Below, piece by piece: positions 41,506 to 52,384 of a stretch of 64,000 nucleotides of DNA (the stretch's first letter is position 1; each line of letters begins with the position of its first letter). This DNA is from an uncultured Planctomycetaceae bacterium (GTDB taxonomy: Bacteria > Planctomycetota > Planctomycetia > Planctomycetales > Planctomycetaceae). The translations under genes were made by a program, and so were the position numbers. The DNA is taken from NCBI GenBank assembly GCA_963815195.1, contig CAWFGE010000013.1, positions 96,001-160,000 on the forward strand, written 5' to 3'. The notes under the pieces are model-generated. The model searched no databases and was not told the DNA's origin. It saw nothing but the letters and a program-made list of their open reading frames with translations.

Positions 41506-41874
41506 TTATTTGTTCTTGTCTTCGAGTTTACGGATGAGACTTGTGAGCATGCGTTCGATTTCTCGGGCAAGCTCGTCGAGTTCTGTGTCGAGTTCGCTCG
41601 GCAGAAAATTGAGGTTCTTGGCGATCAGGAGTTGGGTTTGGACCTCGCAAAGAGAACCTTCGGAGATGTGCAGAAACCGGATGTAGTCTTTGGTCGTGTG
41701 CCGGCCGTAGCCTTCGGCGATGTTGCTGGGAATGGAAACGGCACACCGGCGAATCTGCGCGGTCAGCCCGAATCTCTCGTCCGGGGGAAAGTTCCGGGTC
41801 ATCTCATAAATCCGCGTCACAAACTCCACGGACTTTTGCCAGACAATCAGATCTCGATAAGACTGAATTGCCAT
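41506..41874 (-). CDS. Four helix bundle protein (23S rRNA-IVP / TIGR02436-type family), 122 aa
   Basis: SYRDLIVWQKS, FPPDERFGLTAQIRRCAVSIPSNIAEGYGR and FLHISEGSLCEVQTQL motifs. Confidence 0.93.
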   Translation of the reverse strand: MAIQSYRDLIVWQKSVEFVTRIYEMTRNFPPDERFGLTAQIRRCAVSIPSNIAEGYGRHTTKDYIRFLHISEGSLCEVQTQLLIAKNLNFLPSELDTELDELAREIERMLTSLIRKLEDKNK

Positions 41875-41975
41875 GTCAATCCGCTTTCTGTTTTGGAGGA
41901 ATGTCAACGCTTCATGGAATCCTGCCTCCCCTTTGTGGCCTTTGCTCCTTTGTGGCCTTTGTGGCCTTCTGAAAA

Positions 41976-42700
41976 TCACTTCTTCCGGGCCGAAACTTTC
42001 GCCACCTGCACGCCTTGGTTGCCGGTGAGTTCGAAGATGTTCCACAGGGTCTGGGCTTCGGGGCCGTATTGGCCGTTTTTGAAGGGGACGCCGATGGTGA
42101 TCACGTCCTCGCGGGTGATGGATCGGCGTGCGGCGCGTTCGACTTCCAGGGAACTCTTCCGGCTGCCGATGGCCAGGATGCGAAACGGCCCGGCCACTTT
42201 GGACGCGGCTTCCGCGGCGGTGGGGGCGGACTTGGCGGTCTGGGCGGAGGCAACGTACCGCGGCGCGAAGAAAAACACCTGGTCGCCGGGCTGGTAGTTT
42301 TCCGAAACAAAGGTGCGGGAATCGACGGGAACTTCCACCGCGACTTCGTCTTCGCCGATCATCTCGGCCGTGTCCTTCTGGACGGGCGTGCTAAGTTCCT
42401 GTTGCAAGAGCAACTCGCCGCCGCGGTAGCTTCGCGTCGCCCGCTGGCCGATGACGGTCATGCGGTCTTTCCACTGGATCGCGACGCGGCTGAGGTCCTC
42501 CGCGTAGCTCCGGGGGATGGCGACGGCGGTGAAGTCCGATTCCTGCAAGCGGTCGCCCAGGTTGATTTGGGCGTCGGGGCTGATCATCACGAAATCGACT
42601 TTTTCAAACCCCGCGGCCTGGCGATGCAGATACAGCCAATTGCAAAGCGCTCCACCACGCCCAACGCGACCGCCGCCGCCAATCCCAACGTGCCCTTCAT
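41976..42700 (-). CDS. CpaB-like SAF-domain pilus assembly protein (frameshift near 42655)
   Basis: MKGTLGLAAAVALGVV joins GALCNWLYL. SAF-like INLGDRLQESDF...GQRATRSYRGGELL and YQPGDQV segments. Upstream of cpaF. Confidence 0.65.
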
Positions 42701-42913
42701 CGGCTGTTCCTGTGAAAAACTCTGGTGGATTTCCATTCTCCATGATGGCTGGAAGGCGAACATTTCGCCAGGAGTGCCTGAGATTTTCCCGGAGAATGTG
42801 ACGGATCGGCGGAATTTTCTAAGAGTTCTCCCCAATCTTGGATCGGATGAGGCCGATAAGATAAGCATCGTGACGAAAGTTTGCCGGGTTTCTCGGTGCG
42901 AGGAGATTCATCG

Positions 42914-43180
42914 ATGAGCGAAACGATTCGTCAAGGCACGCCGCATTTTCTCCTTACGACGGAGGGGGAATTGCACGGCCGGGACACGGGAGAGAACCGC
43001 GAAATCGTCCGCCGCATCCATGCGTGCGTGCATGCCTGCGAGGGCATTTCCACCGAGGAGTTGGAAAAGGGCATCGTCGCCGACATGCGCCGCGTGCTCG
43101 AGGAAGTCGTCCCGGTGCTCCAGCACAACAACCGCCAGGCCGCCTTGGAACGCTCGAAGAGCCGAAAGATCGAACGTTGA
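42914..43180 (+). CDS. Small hypothetical protein
   Basis: AGGAG RBS; contains NREIVRRIHACVHACEGISTEELEKG. Confidence 0.7.
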   Translation: MSETIRQGTPHFLLTTEGELHGRDTGENREIVRRIHACVHACEGISTEELEKGIVADMRRVLEEVVPVLQHNNRQAALERSKSRKIER

Positions 43181-43271
43181 AAAACGGCTGGTGGCCATTT
43201 CGTGTGATTTGCCAAGTTTGAATCGGTTGGGCTTCGACGTATCTTTGAGTGCGCATTTTTTCTCGCGGAAC

Positions 43272-44750
43272 CTATGCCACGATGTCTTGGATAACGTGGC
43301 CGTGGACATCGGTCAGACGGCGGTCGATGCCGTTGTGGCGAAACGTGAGCCGCGTGTGATCGATCCCGAGCAGGTGCAGGATTGTGGCGTGGATGTCATA
43401 GCAGTAAGTGGGATGCTCGGGATCGGCGGGTTTGTAGGACCATTCGTCGCTCGGCCCGTAAGTGACGCCGCCCTTGATCCCGCCGCCTGCCAGCCAATTC
43501 GTGAAGGCGGACGGGTTGTGGTCGCGGCCGAGGTTTCCCTGGGAGCAGGGCATCCGTCCGAACTCCGTGGTCCAAAGGATGAGCGTGTCCTCGAGCATTC
43601 CCCGCTGTTTGAGGTCTTTGATCAGCGCTGAGGCACCGCGGGCCATTCCGCGGCCGAGCGGCCAATGATCGCGGGCCAAATCCTCGTGCGAATCCCAGTT
43701 TCGCCGCGGGAAACCGTTGTCGGCACCGCTCCAAATCTGCACGAACCGCACGCCGCGTTCCAGCAGCCGGCGGGCGACGAGGCAGTTTCGTCCAAACAAG
43801 CGGGTTTCTTCTCCCTCGTTCATCGGCCCGTCGGTCTTTGCATCGGGGACATCGAGGCCGTACAGAACGTGGATGTGTTTTGGCTCTTCGGAGAGGTCGA
43901 GCACTTCGGGGGCGCTGAGCTGCATCCTCGCGGCCAATTCATAGCTTTGAATCCGCGCTTCGAGCCGCGAGTCCCCCTCTCGCTGTTTTGCGTGAAGCCG
44001 GTTGATCGCATCGAGCGATCGAAGCACATCCCCTTCGCTTGTTCGGGTGATCGGCGCGTCTTTCGGCGGGAACAGATCGGCGATGGGATTTTCCGCATGC
44101 GGGCGGATCATTGTTCCCTGGTGCCCGGCGGGCAAAAATGCGGAAGCCCAGTTGTTCGGGCCGTTCGGAGCAAACCCGCGGGCGTCGGGGAGGACGACAA
44201 AGGTTGGAAGGTTCTCGCTCAGACTGCCGAGGCCATAACTGATCCAGGCCCCCATGCTGGGAAAACCCGGCAGAATGAATCCCGTCGCCTGCATGAACGT
44301 CGCCGGGCCGTGGACGTTCGACTTGCTGACCATGTTATGCACGAACGCCATGTCATCGACGCAGGCACTGAGCGGGGCGACAGAGTCGTTGATCCATTTG
44401 CCGCTTTCGCCGAATTGTTTCCAGTCCCAAGGGGCCTTCTTGGTCTTGCCGGGAGTGGACTGAAACAGTTCCACGTTTTCGCCTGGATCCCAAGGCCGGC
44501 CGTGGTCTCGGATGAGCCTGGGCTTGTAATCGAAGGTGTCGCATTGGCTGGCCGCCCCGGACATATAAAGCTGCACGACCCGCTTGGCTTTCGCGGGGTG
44601 ATGCGGAGCGAACCCCTCGGCGAGAAGCTGATCTCGACCGAGCAGCGCGGCGAGCGCGATCCCGCCCAATCCGCCGCCGGCCCGCCAGAGAAATTCGCGC
44701 CGGGACCGAGATGACGGCTGGGGCCTTGAAGCATGTCGAACGCTGTGCAT
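43272..44750 (-). CDS. DUF1501 protein with Tat-like leader
   Basis: SRREFL, AKRVVQLYMSG, PSMGAWISYGLG, ARRLLERGVRFVQ, EFGRMP, GRDHN and RLTDVHG motifs. Confidence 0.92.
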   Translation of the reverse strand: MHSVRHASRPQPSSRSRREFLWRAGGGLGGIALAALLGRDQLLAEGFAPHHPAKAKRVVQLYMSGAASQCDTFDYKPRLIRDHGRPWDPGENVELFQSTPGKTKKAPWDWKQFGESGKWINDSVAPLSACVDDMAFVHNMVSKSNVHGPATFMQATGFILPGFPSMGAWISYGLGSLSENLPTFVVLPDARGFAPNGPNNWASAFLPAGHQGTMIRPHAENPIADLFPPKDAPITRTSEGDVLRSLDAINRLHAKQREGDSRLEARIQSYELAARMQLSAPEVLDLSEEPKHIHVLYGLDVPDAKTDGPMNEGEETRLFGRNCLVARRLLERGVRFVQIWSGADNGFPRRNWDSHEDLARDHWPLGRGMARGASALIKDLKQRGMLEDTLILWTTEFGRMPCSQGNLGRDHNPSAFTNWLAGGGIKGGVTYGPSDEWSYKPADPEHPTYCYDIHATILHLLGIDHTRLTFRHNGIDRRLTDVHGHVIQDIVA

Positions 44751-44777
44751 GGGAATGTTTTTCCTTTAGGCCACTCT

Positions 44778-47746
44778 TCAATCGACGAACAGAAATTCGT
44801 TGGTGTTGAAGATCAGTCGGCAGACATTGACCAGGCCGTGTTCCTCGGCCAACGGAACGAGTGCGGCGAGTTCTTCCGCGCTCGGATCCCGCTGGAAAGC
44901 GATTCGCCAAACGGCCCGCACCTGCGACGGGGCATCGCTCGCAGCGGCCCGGCCTCGGCGGGCGAAATGCTCGGCCATGCGGACCATCAACTTGTTGTTC
45001 AGCAGCGCGAGGGCCTGAAGCGGCGTCAGCGTTTCGCTCCGGCGGGCGACGATCAAGGAGGGATCGGCACAATCGAGCACGGTCATAAACGGGTCCGGGA
45101 CCGAGCGGACGGTAAACCGATAGATCGAACGCCGCTGCGAGGCGGGGTCGTCCGGATCGTGTTCGCGATACGTGTAATGCGGCGAGTGATCGTTTTTGAA
45201 GCCGAAGCTCCGATAACCGGGGCCGCCCATTTCGCGGCGCAGCTTGCCCGCGGCGGAGAGCACGGCATCGCGAATCGCCTCGGCTTCCAGACGTTTTCGA
45301 TTCATTCGCCACAGGAACCGGTTTCCCGCGTCGATCCGCGCGTGGGCCGGGTTGTCAGCCGAGGCTTGCCGATACGTCGCGCTGGTCACAATCATCCGAT
45401 GCAGATCCTTGATCGATTGGCCGCGATCGCGAAAATCGACGGCCAGCCAATCGAGGAGTTCGGGATGCGTGGGTGCCTGGCCCATCCGCCCGAAATCGTT
45501 CGGCGTCTCGACGATTCCCCGGCCGAAGTGATGGGACCAGATGCGGTTGACGATCGACCGCCAAGTGAGCGGATTTCGCGAATCAACAATCCACTCGGCG
45601 AGTGCAGCCCGGCGCGCCGACTCATCCTGCGTTGGTTCCGGCGAAAATCGCGATGGGAGCTTCGGAACGCAGCCGACCGTTCCGGGGCCGATTTCATAAA
45701 GCGGACTTTTCTCATCGCCCCGCCCCAGCACGAAAATCGGCCGAGGCTGACCTTGAGTGGGCACGAAGTTGCCCTGTCCGGCGAACGTTGTGGCCGCGGC
45801 ATAGACCATCGACTGCGGCGGCAAGGCTTTGAGCCGGTCCGCGGTTTTCTCAAGAGCCGATTCAGCGTCCGCCAACTCCCGGCGCGTTTCCTCGTCCACA
45901 GACTGTTCGAGAAGAGCATCCCGCTGATCTTTCAGGCGTTTTAACTCGGCGACGATTTCTTGCTTCTCGGCTCCGCGATAGATGCCGTCCACCAGATTCG
46001 TTTTCCCCCACCGCACCGGGGCTTCGATGGAATCGAGCGCCGAGACTTTGGCACCCACCGCGAGATTCTTTCCCTGGGCGCGAGCACTTTCAGCTCCGCG
46101 AGGGCGAAGATGTAATCCTTTCGGCGCTCGCGAAGCCTGGTCGCGGTCAGCCGGACATAGCGGGCCGATTTCCCCTGGAGGGAAAAGGTCTGCGGAACCA
46201 CGCCGGGATTCGGAACATCTTCCAAAGCTTTGTCGGCCACGACGGCCACGCGTTTTTGAAACTCGGCATCGTCCGAAATCTCCAGCTTGTAACGCACAGG
46301 AAAACCAAACCCCGCCCCAATGCCCGCGAAATCGTCATAGGCCGCGACCAAAGTAATCTCCCCGATGGGCAGAGATTTTCCGAGATCGACCTGGACCCAC
46401 TTCGCGTGGTCCGGTCCCGGCATGATCTGGCTGTGATAACCGTATTCCGGGCGCGGCGCGGCGGTGGCTTGCTTCGTCAGCTCCGCGAGCCGTCGATCGA
46501 TGGCCCGTAATTTGGGACCGGCCCGTTTCTGAATCCTTTCCTCGATCGCCGACTTCCGGCTCGCGAACTTCCGCTGGATTTCCTGGAGCGATTGCCGGCG
46601 GGATGCGACTTCCGGATCCTCATCGTACGGCCGGTCGGCCCGATCGACGGCGGCGAAAACGGCTTGCAGTCTGTAGTAATCCTCTTGAGTGATGGGGTCG
46701 AACTTGTGATCGTGGCAGCGGGCACAGTGGACCGTCAGGCTGACAAACGTGTTCATCGTCACCGAGACCATGTCGTCGCGGTCGATGTTCCTGACGCGCT
46801 TCTTTTCCAGTGTGCCATTCTTGACTTCGATCTGCCCCACATAGTCGAACGGCCCCGCAGCGATGAAACCCAACCCCAGGGTTCCGTCGGCCGTTCCCGG
46901 ATAAAACGCATCCCCGGCGAGCTGCTCCTTAACGAACCGGCTGTACGGCTTATCTTCGTTCAGCGAGCGAATGACATAATCGCGGTAAGGCCAGGCGTGC
47001 GGACGAACTTTATCCTTGTCATAACCGTGCGTATCGCCGTAGTGCACCGCATCGAGCCAATGCCTGGCCCAGCGCTGGCCGTATTGGGGCGAATCGAGCA
47101 AACGGTCGACCAACCGCTCGTAAGCCTGGGGATCCTCATCCCGCGCGAATCGCTCCACGTCCTCGAAGGACGGGGGCAGTCCGGTCAAATCGAAAGAGAC
47201 CCTGCGGATCAAAGTTCGCCGGTCCGCTTCGGGGGAAGGCGTCATGCCCATTTCCCGCAGCTTCTCGAACACGAAAAGATCGATCGGCGCTCTTGCCCAG
47301 CCTTGGCCTTCGGCAGTGAGGTCCGGCAAACGCGGACGCGCGAGCGCTCGAAGCGACCACCAATTCAACGGATCGAATTTCAGCACGAGGTTGTCGGGCC
47401 ATGCCGCTCCCTCTTTGATCCACTTCCGCAGGCGGGCAATTTCCTGCTTCGTGAGTCGCTCGCCCGATTTTGGCATCCGGGGTTTTTCGCCGGCGATCAC
47501 CTTGAGGAGATCGCTTTCATCGGGCTTGCCCGGCACGACCAGCCAGCCCTCGCCCCGCCCTTCGACTACCGTGGATTCCGACGTAAGATCCACATCGCCT
47601 TTTGCCCCTTTGCCCTGATGGCAGCGGAGGCAGTGCCGCTCCAGAATGGGTGCGACGTGCCGCCGAAACGAGTCCTCACCCCCGGCAAGAACGGAGGAAA
47701 CGAGCCACAACGAGAGGACCGCGATCTTTCCTGCATTGAAACTCAT
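44778..47746 (-). CDS. Planctomycete cytochrome c / DUF1549 / DUF1553 (PSD1) protein with discoidin-like insert (frameshift near 46070)
   Basis: CLRCH, WARHWLD, CARCHDHKFDP, WVQVDLG, NPLTWRSIVNRIW, PTHPELLDWLA and NEFLFVD motifs. Confidence 0.9.
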
Positions 47747-48252
47747 GGCGATCTTTCATCCGTCGGAATCGGCGGCACCTTGCGCAGTATTTCTTGAGCA
47801 ACGGCTCGATCTCATTCTCCAATGAATATCGTGGACGCCGCGACGGCCAGAACCGCCGCGGCACGAAAAATCAAAATCTTCACGTCAAATGCCGATTTGG
47901 AAAAACAGTGAGTGACAGGCGACAGTTACAGCCAAACGCCGCGGGGAATGATGGGAAGTTCCCATCAGCCGTTGGAATACAAAGTATAATCGATTCACCC
48001 CCGTTTTGCAGAGGTCGGCGGCGTGATGAAATCCCCAATTCCCACCCGCCCGCCATTGACGAACCGACCAAAACGGCACCGGGACCGCTTTGATCGCCGA
48101 TTTGCAGAATTGAATATGATAGGATTTTGCGGGATGTGACCGTTGAATGGCTCCCCGATGGTGTCGAGAATGTTCCCTATGACTCCATGCAGCTCTCGCC
48201 ACGTTGCAAGATTTCTGGTTCGCCGTTTGAGTTTTTGAGGATGTTTCTCCAC

Positions 48253-50037
48253 ATGAAATCCCGACTCGTTGTTTGTGTCTTCTTGAGCCTTCCATCTCCG
48301 CTCATTGCCCAAGGCGATGCCCCCATGAATTCCGCGTTTGAAGAGTTAGCCAAGACGTATGTGGACGAGTTTCCGGCCCTGTCTCCCGTGTCAGCGACGC
48401 AGTTGGGAGATCATCGGTTCGATGCGGAACTCGATGAGGTTTCCGCCAAGGGCCGGGACCGCGAGTTGGCGTTCTGCCAAAACGACTTGAAGCGGCTCGC
48501 GGGGATCGACCGCGAAAAACTTTCGCGGCCGAACCAGGTGGATTTCGCCCTCTTGGAACAGCGGTTGCAAAAGCGGATCTGGGAACTGGAAACACTCGAA
48601 GAGTGGGCGTGGAATCCGCTGCTTTATACGGAACTCGCCGGGAGCGGGATCTATCATTTGATGGCCCGCGAGTTTGCCCCGCCGAGAGATCGATTGCTTC
48701 ACGTCACGGCCCGGCTCAAAAAACTGCCCCGGTTTTTGGAGCAGGTTCGCGGCACGCTGGTTGTCAAGCGGGTGCCGAGGATTCACGCCGAAACCGCGAT
48801 CAAGCAGAACAAGGGCATCCTGGGCATCTTGGAAAACATGGTCCGCCCGCAACTTGAGAAACTATCCAAGACCGAGCAAGAGGAACTCACCCAAGCGATG
48901 CGTGGCGCGGAATCGGCGATTGAGGAACATCAAACCTGGCTGGAGGACACTTTGCTGCCGGGGGCGAAGGGAGATTTTCGCTTGGGGCCCAAGCTGTACG
49001 ATCAAAAGCTGCGGTTCGCGCTGGGGACGCCGCTGTCGCGGGAGGACGTTCGCGGCCTCGCCGAGCGGGAACTCGGGCGGGTGCGGGCGGAGATGTATGA
49101 ACTCGCGAAGAAGGTGTATGTGGAGCAGTATCCGCTCACGCGGTTTCCCGAGACGCCTTCGCCGGAGTATCGGCAGGCGATTATCCGCGCGGCTCTCGAA
49201 CGGGCGGCGCGCGAAATCCCGCCCGCGGACGGCATCGTCGCGGCGGCGCAACATTCGATGAAGATTACGACGGATTTCGTGCGGGAGAAAAACCTGATGA
49301 CGCTTCCCGAATCGGCGGTGGAGATCATCATTATGCCGGAGTTTCAGCGCGGGGTTTCGGTGGCGTATTGCGATTCGCCGGGGCCGTTGGAGTCGGGCGA
49401 GAAGACGTTCTACGCCGTGGCTCCGCTCCCGAGCGATTGGACGGCCGAGCAGGCGAAGTCGTTTTTGCGGGAATACAATCTGCGGTCGATCCACAACCTG
49501 ACCGTGCACGAAGCCATGCCCGGCCATTACGTGCAGTTGGCCCATTCCAACGACTACCCCGGCAAGCTGCGGGCGGTGTGCGGGTCGGGCACGTACATCG
49601 AAGGCTGGGCCTGCTATACCGAGCAGATGGTCTCCGAGGAAGGTTTTCTGGACGGCGACCCCTTGATGCGATTGGTCACGCTCAAGTGGTATCTGCGGAC
49701 GATTTCCAATGCGATTTTGGACCAGGCGATCCATGTGGACGGCATTCGCCGGCCGGAGGCGATGCGGTTGATGATGGAGGATACGTTTCAGGAAGAACGC
49801 GAAGCCGCGGGCAAATGGGTGCGGGCGCAACTCACCTCCGCTCAGCTTGCGACCTATTTCGTGGGCTATCAGGAACACCGCGAAATGCGGCGGGCGGCCG
49901 AGGCGAAATGGAAAGACGAGTTCAGCCTTCATCGATACCACGATGCCGTGCTGTCCTTCGGCTCGCCGCCAGTGCAATATGTGCGGGCGCTGTTGTTGGA
50001 AGAAGCGATTCCCAGCGGTCACTTGCCCTCAAAATAA
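48253..50037 (+). CDS. DUF885-family protein, secreted
   Basis: ATQLGDHRFD, HEAMPGH, EGWACY, YFVGYQE and YHDAVLSFGSPP motifs. Start uncertain. Confidence 0.88.
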   Translation: MKSRLVVCVFLSLPSPLIAQGDAPMNSAFEELAKTYVDEFPALSPVSATQLGDHRFDAELDEVSAKGRDRELAFCQNDLKRLAGIDREKLSRPNQVDFALLEQRLQKRIWELETLEEWAWNPLLYTELAGSGIYHLMAREFAPPRDRLLHVTARLKKLPRFLEQVRGTLVVKRVPRIHAETAIKQNKGILGILENMVRPQLEKLSKTEQEELTQAMRGAESAIEEHQTWLEDTLLPGAKGDFRLGPKLYDQKLRFALGTPLSREDVRGLAERELGRVRAEMYELAKKVYVEQYPLTRFPETPSPEYRQAIIRAALERAAREIPPADGIVAAAQHSMKITTDFVREKNLMTLPESAVEIIIMPEFQRGVSVAYCDSPGPLESGEKTFYAVAPLPSDWTAEQAKSFLREYNLRSIHNLTVHEAMPGHYVQLAHSNDYPGKLRAVCGSGTYIEGWACYTEQMVSEEGFLDGDPLMRLVTLKWYLRTISNAILDQAIHVDGIRRPEAMRLMMEDTFQEEREAAGKWVRAQLTSAQLATYFVGYQEHREMRRAAEAKWKDEFSLHRYHDAVLSFGSPPVQYVRALLLEEAIPSGHLPSK

Positions 50038-50194
50038 GGGGAGCTTCTGCTCTCCCACGGTTGGCGGCGATTCATTATCATCCGGCGATCCGCTGGCCCG
50101 GCAGCAAACCGGCGGTGGGAATCGATAACAATTCCACGTGATCAGCCGACTTACGCCGGCCGCTCGCCATGACAACTCTCAAGGAGCCTCTTCC

Positions 50195-51158
50195 GTGATC
50201 GACCGACGCGACCTGATCCATGTGGGAGAAGGCTTTTTGATGGGAGGGGCCGACATCATCCCCGGCGTCTCCGGCGGGACCGTGGCTTTGATCTTGGGGA
50301 TCTACGAGCGGCTGGTCGGCGCGATCAGCCATGTGGATCTGACGTTCCTCGGGCATCTCCGCCGGCGGGAATGGCTCGCCGCCGCCCGGCACATCGATCT
50401 CTTGTTTCTGGTGCTGTTGGGCAGCGGGATCGCTTCGGGGATCGTGCTGCTCGCGAGCCTGATGCATTGGCTGTTGGAGAACGAACTTCAGCACACATTC
50501 GCCGCGTTCTTCGGGATGATCCTCGCGTCCAGCTACATCGTGTTCCGGATGATCAACCGCGGCGGCGTGGATATCGTGCTCGCGGTGATTGCCGGGGCCG
50601 TCGGGGCGTATTGGCTCGTGGGTTTACCCTTTTTGGAAAACCCGCCGATCAGCCCTTTGTACATTTTCGCCTGCGGGGCGATCGCCATCTGCGCGATGAT
50701 TCTGCCCGGCATCAGCGGCTCGTTTATATTGTTGCTCTTGGGGGCTTACTCCGTCATCACGGGGACGCTCCGGCAGTGCATCAAGGGGAACGTCACCGAA
50801 GACGCCTGGCTGCTTTTGTTTTTCGCGGCGGGGGCGGGGATCGGATTGATCGGATTCACCAAGTTTCTCAAGTGGCTTTTAAGCCGGCACGAAGCCCCGA
50901 CGATGGCGGTCCTCTGCGGATTTATGCTCGGTTCGCTCCGCAAGATCTGGCCTTACAAAATCGTGCTCAATCCCGATGCGACCGAGTTCAAAGATCGATT
51001 GTTCGGAAAACATCGCCCCCAATTTCGGCGATCCGAACGATTGGCTCTCGCTGGGCATTATGGTCATCGCGGGCGGCGCGGTGCTGCTGTTGGAGTTCCT
51101 CGCCCAACATCGCCCTTCGCCAGAAGCGGGCGCCGAGACCTTCAACAAAGCGGCTTGA
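50195..51158 (+). CDS. DUF368 membrane protein (frameshift near 51010)
   Basis: MGGADIIPGVSGGTVALILGIY, CAMILPGISGS and GSLRKIWP motifs. The last TM helix lies in ORF 50976-51158. Confidence 0.88.
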
Positions 51159-51419
51159 GCCCGGCGCATCACTTTTGATCTTCGGACCGCTTTTTCCCTG
51201 GGCTCATTTTCGGTCTGTTAGTCTCACGGTCTCAAATAAACTCGTGTGAGACGGCCAGACGGCGACTTGGCTACATCAGTCGTTCCAAATTACGGAAAAA
51301 GGACCGAAGGTCCGTCCCTATGTCAGCCCGGCGCGATGCCGGCGTTGCCTGAGGCTACGGTGAAATATGGCCTTCGGCCAAAGGAAATTCCACCCACAAC
51401 AATGACTCCGACACCGTGA

Positions 51420-52384
51420 TCACGGGAGCGGTTCGATATTGAGGGCGTGGGATTTGTGGAACTCGGCGAGTTCTTTGGCGGTGAAGACGCCCGTGCTTGC
51501 CCCGGCGGCGCGGACACAGCTTGCGCCAAGCCGCTGCCCAGGCGGAGGCAAGTTTCCCAATCGGCGTCCGCCAACAGGCCATGAATGAAGCCCGCCGCGA
51601 ACGCGTCGCCGCTGCCCGTGCCGTCGATGTAGTCGATGGAATACGCGCCCGCTTTGAGGCGCGCGGTTTCGCCGATTAAGACCGCGCCCTGTTCGCCGCT
51701 GGTGACGACGACCGTTTTCGCACCGGCCTGCCTGAACCGCTCGGCCTGGGCCACGGGATCGGCCAGTCCGGTGATGGCCTGGGCTTCATCGCTGTTTGGG
51801 AGAAACACATCCGTAAAAGGCAGCACCGGAACCAGACGGTCCCAGGCGGCGGTCGCATCGGCGAGCACCACGTCCAGCACGGTGGCCACGCCCGCGGTTC
51901 GCGCGGCTTGAAAGGCGCGGGCCACGTTGCCGGGCGCGAGTTCTTCGCAAAGACAGTAGCCCCCCAGGTAAAAGACCCGCCCGGCGGCGACGACCTCGTC
52001 CGTCAGTTCTTCGCCTGTGAACGCGGCACTTGCTCCGACCGCATGAATAAACCGGCGGTCTTCGCCTTGGCAATTGATGACGAACGTCCCGCTGGTCGCG
52101 TGCGCGGGCGAACGCCGGAGGTGCGTGCAGGACACGCCGGCCTCCGTCAGCGTCTTTTGGACGAAATCGCCAAACACATCCTGGCCCACGACGCCCACGA
52201 GTTCCACATTTCGGCCCAGACGGGCGAGGTCGGTGGCGACGTTGGTCGCGTTGCCTCCGGTCGTCAAATCCATGCGGGGCGTGAGCACCAATTCGCCGGG
52301 CCGGGGCATTCGCGGGACGGGCTCGCACACATGGTCGGCCACGATGATGCCGGCACACACACAGTCGCAGCGGGGAACAGTCAT
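51420..52384 (-). CDS. PfkB-family carbohydrate kinase (frameshift near 51535)
   Basis: GGNATNVA, GVVGQDVFG, PNSDEA and DGTGSGDAFAAG motifs. The C-terminus GASCVRAAGASTGV...IEPLP* ends at 51420. Confidence 0.88.

Larger units (their letters stand above)
40933..41975. mobile_element. Putative transposase-less insertion with terminal inverted repeats and TCA direct repeats, carrying tandem four-helix-bundle genes
   Basis: Left end ttttgaagaaggccgcaaagg..., reverse complement of the right end ttttcagaaggccacaaagg.... TCA at 40930-40932 and 41976-41978. Confidence 0.65.

Noticed and set aside
40933..41975. Diversity-generating retroelement or 23S rRNA intervening sequence
   Set aside because: No reverse transcriptase or rRNA in the window, and the differences between the copies are not adenine-specific TR/VR-type changes.
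47794..48240. Short ORFs between the PSD1 and DUF885 genes
   Set aside because: Overlapping, conflicting frames with no motif or RBS support; treated as a divergent promoter region.
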